From the human T2T-CHM13v2.0 reference genome, Homo sapiens, in the NCBI RefSeq assembly GCF_009914755.1, contig NC_060937.1: a DNA stretch of 64,000 bases. One strand, written 5' to 3'. The translations under genes and the position numbers were made by a program. Positions 54,564 through 64,000 of this stretch are shown piece after piece; positions within the stretch are counted from its first letter, which is position 1, and each line of letters begins with the position of its first letter. The notes below the pieces were generated by a model that was not told the DNA's origin, did not search any database, and was given only the letters and a program-made list of their open reading frames with translations.

Positions 54564-55303
54564 CTAGCTATACTGTGTGGCCCCCACCATCGTGGTCCAG
54601 GAAGGCCGCTGGAGTACCAGGAAGTTCCAGAAAGCAGGCAGGAGTAGCCCCAATGACCTATCTTTCATTAACCTTTACAGAAGTCCTACCCAACACTTGC
54701 ACTTCTATCTCATTAGGCACAAGGCCAAATGTACCTGCAAGAGAAGCTGGGGAATGCAGTTTTCTCTCTGGACATATTGCCGCCCTTGAAATATTGGGGT
54801 CTGTCACTAACAAAACATAGGAGAACGGGCATTGGGCAACAACTAGCTTTCTCTAACCAGAAAGGCGCTACCATTCTTGAAAGCTTAGGATTTGCCTCTG
54901 AAGAAGCCCTGCAATTTCTCAGTGAACCTGCTTGGTCTTCCACAGCCCAGAGCCCTTCCAGAAGGAATTCCTGACTGCTAGGGAGGTGTGTGTTGACTGC
55001 TTGGCTGGGCAGAGCGCTGAAGACGACCACTAGGACCACTGCCAACACTTTTCACCCTCAAGTGAAGGCTTGCTAGGCTGCCTGCTGCCATCTCTCTCCT
55101 ACCGTGGGATAGACAAGCTGTGACTAGATCCACCATGTGAATGGTCTGAAGTGAGGCACAGGGAGAGGAACTTGCCTAGGTGCCAGGTGGTGTTTGGAGC
55201 CGGGGCAACAGGATCTAACCCACGTGTTTTCTGCCCAGTGGGAAGCAGAGTTCTCTTAAGAACAAAGAACACTAATAATGACTCCACGACAAACATCTAC
55301 AAC

Positions 55304-56130
55304 AGAAATGGGAAAAGTTCCCTTGTCCCCCTCGCAAGCCGGGTGACAGGGGAGTGGTCCCTTCTCCAGTGCCCCGCTACTCAGACCTCTAAGGAAAGCA
55401 TACAGAGGGGCAGGCTGGCGGGTGGTGGGGGGGGGGCTCCAACCTCACAGCGGTGTCTGGGGTGAATGTTTACCGCTCCTGAAGCCCCAGCGGGCGTGTG
55501 TTACGCAGTGCTCTTTTAGTTTTGCTGTCTAGAGGCAGTTTGTGCTAACCAATTCAATTATATCCTCTACGTTGTTACAAAGAGCGCTTTCTGTAGCCCA
55601 GGTCCTACCGTTGGTGTACTGAAAAATGGGATCACACCCGGGCTTGGAGAACGAGTGCAAGGTTTCGAGTGGAAGTAACTCGGGGTAAGTCAGAAGGGAG
55701 TAGAGTGGAGAGATCTTCCCATGGAGTCAGGCCGCTCAAAGGCCTGGGCTTTCTCCTCTGACTGCCCCAGCCAAACTTCTCATCCTTCCGCTTCTGCCGG
55801 TCCTGTCTCCTAGTACCTGTGGGTCCATTCCCATCAACATCCAGCCGCCTGCGTGTTCCAGCCGCCTCGGTTCCTCCGGTGATGCGCCCGTCTCCACTTG
55901 CTGAGCCTGCAATGTCGGCCTGTTACGGTCTTGAGGGTTTTTATAGGCCCAGGATGCGGGCGTGGCAGGCCAAGGTGGTCTTGGGAAATGCAACATTTGG
56001 GCAGGAAATGCCTGTCCTCACCTAGGTCCGTGGGTGTGGAGCCCTAGCCAGGGACCACGCCCTCCTTTACCCAGCACTTCCTTTCCCTACTTCCATGCCA
56101 CATTCTTCTCTTACCAGCACTCCTGTATCA
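55304..56130 (-). mobile_element. LTR1-family solo LTR (ERV1)
   Basis: Minus strand begins TGATACAGGAGTGCTGG and is colinear with 26071-26874 (shared pseudo-peptide LHFPRPPWPATP in the ORF track). Confidence 0.8.
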
Positions 56131-56844
56131 GTACCAAGCCCCAGTTCCTTAAGCCAGACTGGGACCTTTGTGTAAGGGAATGAATCCCAAGCCCTCCAAG
56201 CGCAGACAGGGAACAAACACATGGGCAGAGCTGATGGGGTTTCTTTCTGACAACACCAGCAGCAATCTGGGTGTGGCAGGTGCCCTACTAATGGCTTTAG
56301 ATGACTACACAGCCCTGGAGGACAGAGAAGCAGGCAAGGCTGTGACAAGGAAAGAAGAGTGGATGGAAGTCACTGGGACACTGGGTCAGAGCCAATTCAT
56401 GACGTGCCTCTTTCCCCCTTCAACTTGTTAATGGTACTATAACCTTCCATAACCACCTACTAACAGCTCCTCAGCCCTGGAGCTGGCAGGACCTCTGAGG
56501 CATCAGCCGCAGGGCCCTGAGAGCAGGCTTGGGCTGTTTGCGGGTAGCTCAAGCTGAACTTTCCTATAAATGAGGGGCCTGCTTCTCGGCCCCACTCTCC
56601 TTTCCTGGCTAGATAACTAGAAGCTCATTTGACTTTATGAACCAGAGCTCAGAGAATTAAGGTCGAATACATTTTTCTCTTTGAGTGGGAAGAAAATACT
56701 TTTTTCACTTTGTTTTAAAACCATATCTGCCTGCTTATATATAACATCAGTTATCAGGGGACGGGTCAGAGTCTCTTAGAAGATCACTTCTGCGAAAGTC
56801 CAAGATTTGAAAACGAGTAAGTGGACCACTTTGTATTTATTAGG

Positions 56845-57165
<321 letters not shown>

Positions 57166-58449
57166 CCTATTAGGAGATATTTTGTGTTTATGTACCAAAT
57201 GAGAGAAAGAAGCTTAAGGTTCTCTAGTAGAAAAGTGTCCATTATAAAAAGTCACACAATGTTACACAATGTTTCTTTTCTTCATTCACTCAAAAACTTT
57301 TTCAATGAATGTCTACCACGTGCCAGGCACCGTGTTGTTTTGCCAAGTGAGGGGAGATAAAAGTTGAGGGGTGGGGTCCTCTGGTCACCAATGACGGGCC
57401 CACGGCGATCACTGTTGAGACGGCCGTCATTGTGGGCAGCCTGGTCCGACAGGCCTCTGAGCTTCTGGCCAGACTGGGGAATGCCATCTTCCTGAAGAAC
57501 TGCCTGAGCCATCTCCCACCTCTCCTCCAGTCCAGTCCAGTACGGTCCAGCCATCTCCCCTCAGGCATGGCCTGTGGCACCCCTCCCCACTTCTACCCAG
57601 CGTAGGATCTCCTGCCCTTGCCTAGGGAGGAAGGATAACCCATTCTTACCACGTATCAACTTCTCTGAAAGGCCTTTTGTATTCCCCAAATCTCCTCTCC
57701 ATTGTAAATATGCAACATGCGTGATTCTGTCACAATTTATCTATAAACAGAATCTGCTAGAAGCTTTTAAGGGCCCAGGCTTCAGCAGCACTAAGCTGAG
57801 ACACTCTGGGCTGCCTCTGTTTTCTGTGGGTTCCTCTTTGGAGCTCGTTGAGCCTGGGCTTTGTCCTTGAACCATGCTTGTCTTTCCTGAGGCAGTGAAG
57901 ACAAATGGAAATGACAATGGGATGAAGTCTCAAAGTGGCTCAAGTGGCATTCCATTTCAAATAGGTAAAGAACTCTTTGTCACCATTGGAACACTTTTAA
58001 ATATCCTGCAGAGAAGAAAACAAAAAACACAAAATGGAAGGAAATGTTGAAATGAATGAGAACTGAATTGCAAGATCACGTAGCAATACTTCTAGTTGTC
58101 AAATCAGCCATTGCACCCAAGATTTTCCTTGACAAAATTATCTCCCTCTTTTTCACTCCCAGTTGTTGTTTTTATCATTTATTGTTAATTGTTAACACAA
58201 GCTGGACAACAGGTTCTGTCTTTTCCCATTTATCACCCACAGAAAGCTGCATTTTATAGTGTAGTTTTGGAGGTTTACATGAGAATAACACTAAGTTAGG
58301 GTGACTCTCCAAGTTAATCTTGCCATAAAGATACTGTCTATCCTTGGTGATAAAACAAATAAACCTTTACAGTCTCATCTACTCACACCTTTTTAAAATT
58401 TTTTATTTTAAATAATTATTTTATTTTATTTTATTTTTTATTTTATAAA

Positions 58450-62290
<3,841 letters not shown>

Positions 62291-64000
62291 TATTATAACT
62301 TTTTAATAGATCTTTATATTTGAAAATGTTCCTTTTCTTCAAGATTGTCTGAATATGTTTATAACAAGAATATAAATTAATTGAGCTGCTCTTTAATGTC
62401 AGGTGGTTCTTCAGTTGATCATTTGACCTTGTCAAGGGTCCCAAATGTTTAATTAATTTTCAGTGTGCCTAGTTAGATCTGAGAACACTGCTCCTAGTCT
62501 AAAATATTTCCTTTCCCTTTAATGATATCTATGTCCGAATGACACACGTGGCTAGCTCTGGAGATGAAGTGTGCTTTTAGAGCTACTATATTTTATTATG
62601 ATCAAACTAATGCAGTAGGGATTTAAATAACGGTTAGCTGCTGTTATTAGCAACTAGTGGTAAATGGGGTGACAGATTTCATAGTCAGATTGCCCTCACA
62701 TTGAAACACTAAAATATTTTTTATCAATGTTAATAGACACTTTTCTCACTCACAGGGTATATGGGGCTGTACTAAGGAGAAAAACATTGAATATTTGGTT
62801 AATTACAGCCCCAATCTATTATGAACCTGCAATTCTGGTGGGGAAATGAGATGGACACATTGATAAACAGAAATCAATAAATGAATCAATTATTTTATGC
62901 AAATTTACCTAGAACAAGAAACCTGAACTTCGTCATAGCTACTCAGCATAGAACCCTTGTGATTTTTTAAATGTCTGTTCCTTCCTCATATATGTATATA
63001 TATGCCCAGGATAGGATGCTTAAAGTGTGGTTGTAGAGTGGTTACTTGATGTCTAATGTTTCTTGCATGTGTTCACATGTAACACATTCTACCACACCAA
63101 GAAGCACCAAGACAACAATACAGAATATTCATTGCTGAAAGTAGTGAGACACCATTGGGGCAGGAAATCATTGTCTGAGATTATTTCATACATCATGTTG
63201 ACAAACAGAAGGGACATCAGAGGATAGTGGCCAGTCTACAAAAAGAACCTAGACATCATATTAAACAAGAGATGATACAAGGAATTGAGAATGGTCAACT
63301 TTGAAAAAAGAAGAACCTGTGGTGAGGGTGTAGAGGGTGGGTGATAAGTGGGGCAAAGGGAACCAGCAAATGCTTTGCAGGCACTGGTGGGGAGGATGGG
63401 GAAAGGGAGCTAGGTTTCTTGTTTGTCTCTCCAGAATGCAGAACAACGATCCATGGGTGAGAGTTACAGGGAATGAGTTTCAGCTCAAGAGAAAGAAGAA
63501 CTTTGAAAGTTACAATGGCCAGTGGAATGGGTGTTCTCATGAAGCAGTGGGTTCCTCCACACTAGATGTGCTCACACACCTGGCTGTCCACTTGCCAGAG
63601 GACATCATAGTAGATCGGCATCCAGTTACATGCCCTTTAAAGTCTTTTTTGCCTCCAAAAGTAATTGACTGGTTGATTGATTAACCGCAGAAGATGTCCC
63701 GAAGAAGGGTAACTTAGATTTAGAATGAAATAAACCCCAGGATTTAGTACAGTGGAGAGGGGCAGGGCCAGCCCTCAGCTGAAGAACAGTGTTGGGATGT
63801 GATGGAGAAGATGTGTTAGGGGCAACGACTGGAAGAGAGCAAATGTTTATGTCCAGAGCAAAATTCTGTTGTCAGAAATGGGGCTTTGTATGATGATGGA
63901 TGTGTTCACTTATCCATTCACTCCACAAATATTAATTTTCTGGTATATTTATATAATGGAGTACTATACAACAGCAAAAAATAAATTAAGTACAGGCTGG

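Overview
Mammalian (human-type) genomic DNA, recognisable as the RPL21-RASL11A locus (13q12.2 from memory). Both genes are on the + strand. The window holds five coding exons of RPL21 (160 aa; the non-coding first exon and promoter lie upstream of the window), with intronic snoRNAs SNORD102 (C/D) and SNORA27 (H/ACA). It also holds the complete four-exon RASL11A gene (242-aa atypical Ras-like GTPase) with its CpG-island promoter. The remaining ~44 kb is non-coding and repeat-dense: about 45 Alus, L1/L2/MIR relics, MER2/MER5A/MER58 DNA transposons, several solo LTRs (MLT1, MLT2 including a full-length MLT2A1-like copy, two LTR1-family and two LTR47-like copies, MER34/39-like) and a palindromic AT-rich minisatellite. 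Almost all other ORFs in the track are repeat-derived noise. I see no evidence of a new protein-coding system. The best leads are regulatory or structural: two convergent LTR1 copies with reciprocal loss of TATA versus poly(A) signal, an antisense MLT2A1 downstream of RASL11A, young AluY insertions, alternative start options for RASL11A and a cruciform-prone minisatellite. Repeat family names come from recalled consensus sequences, not a database search, and repeat boundaries are approximate.
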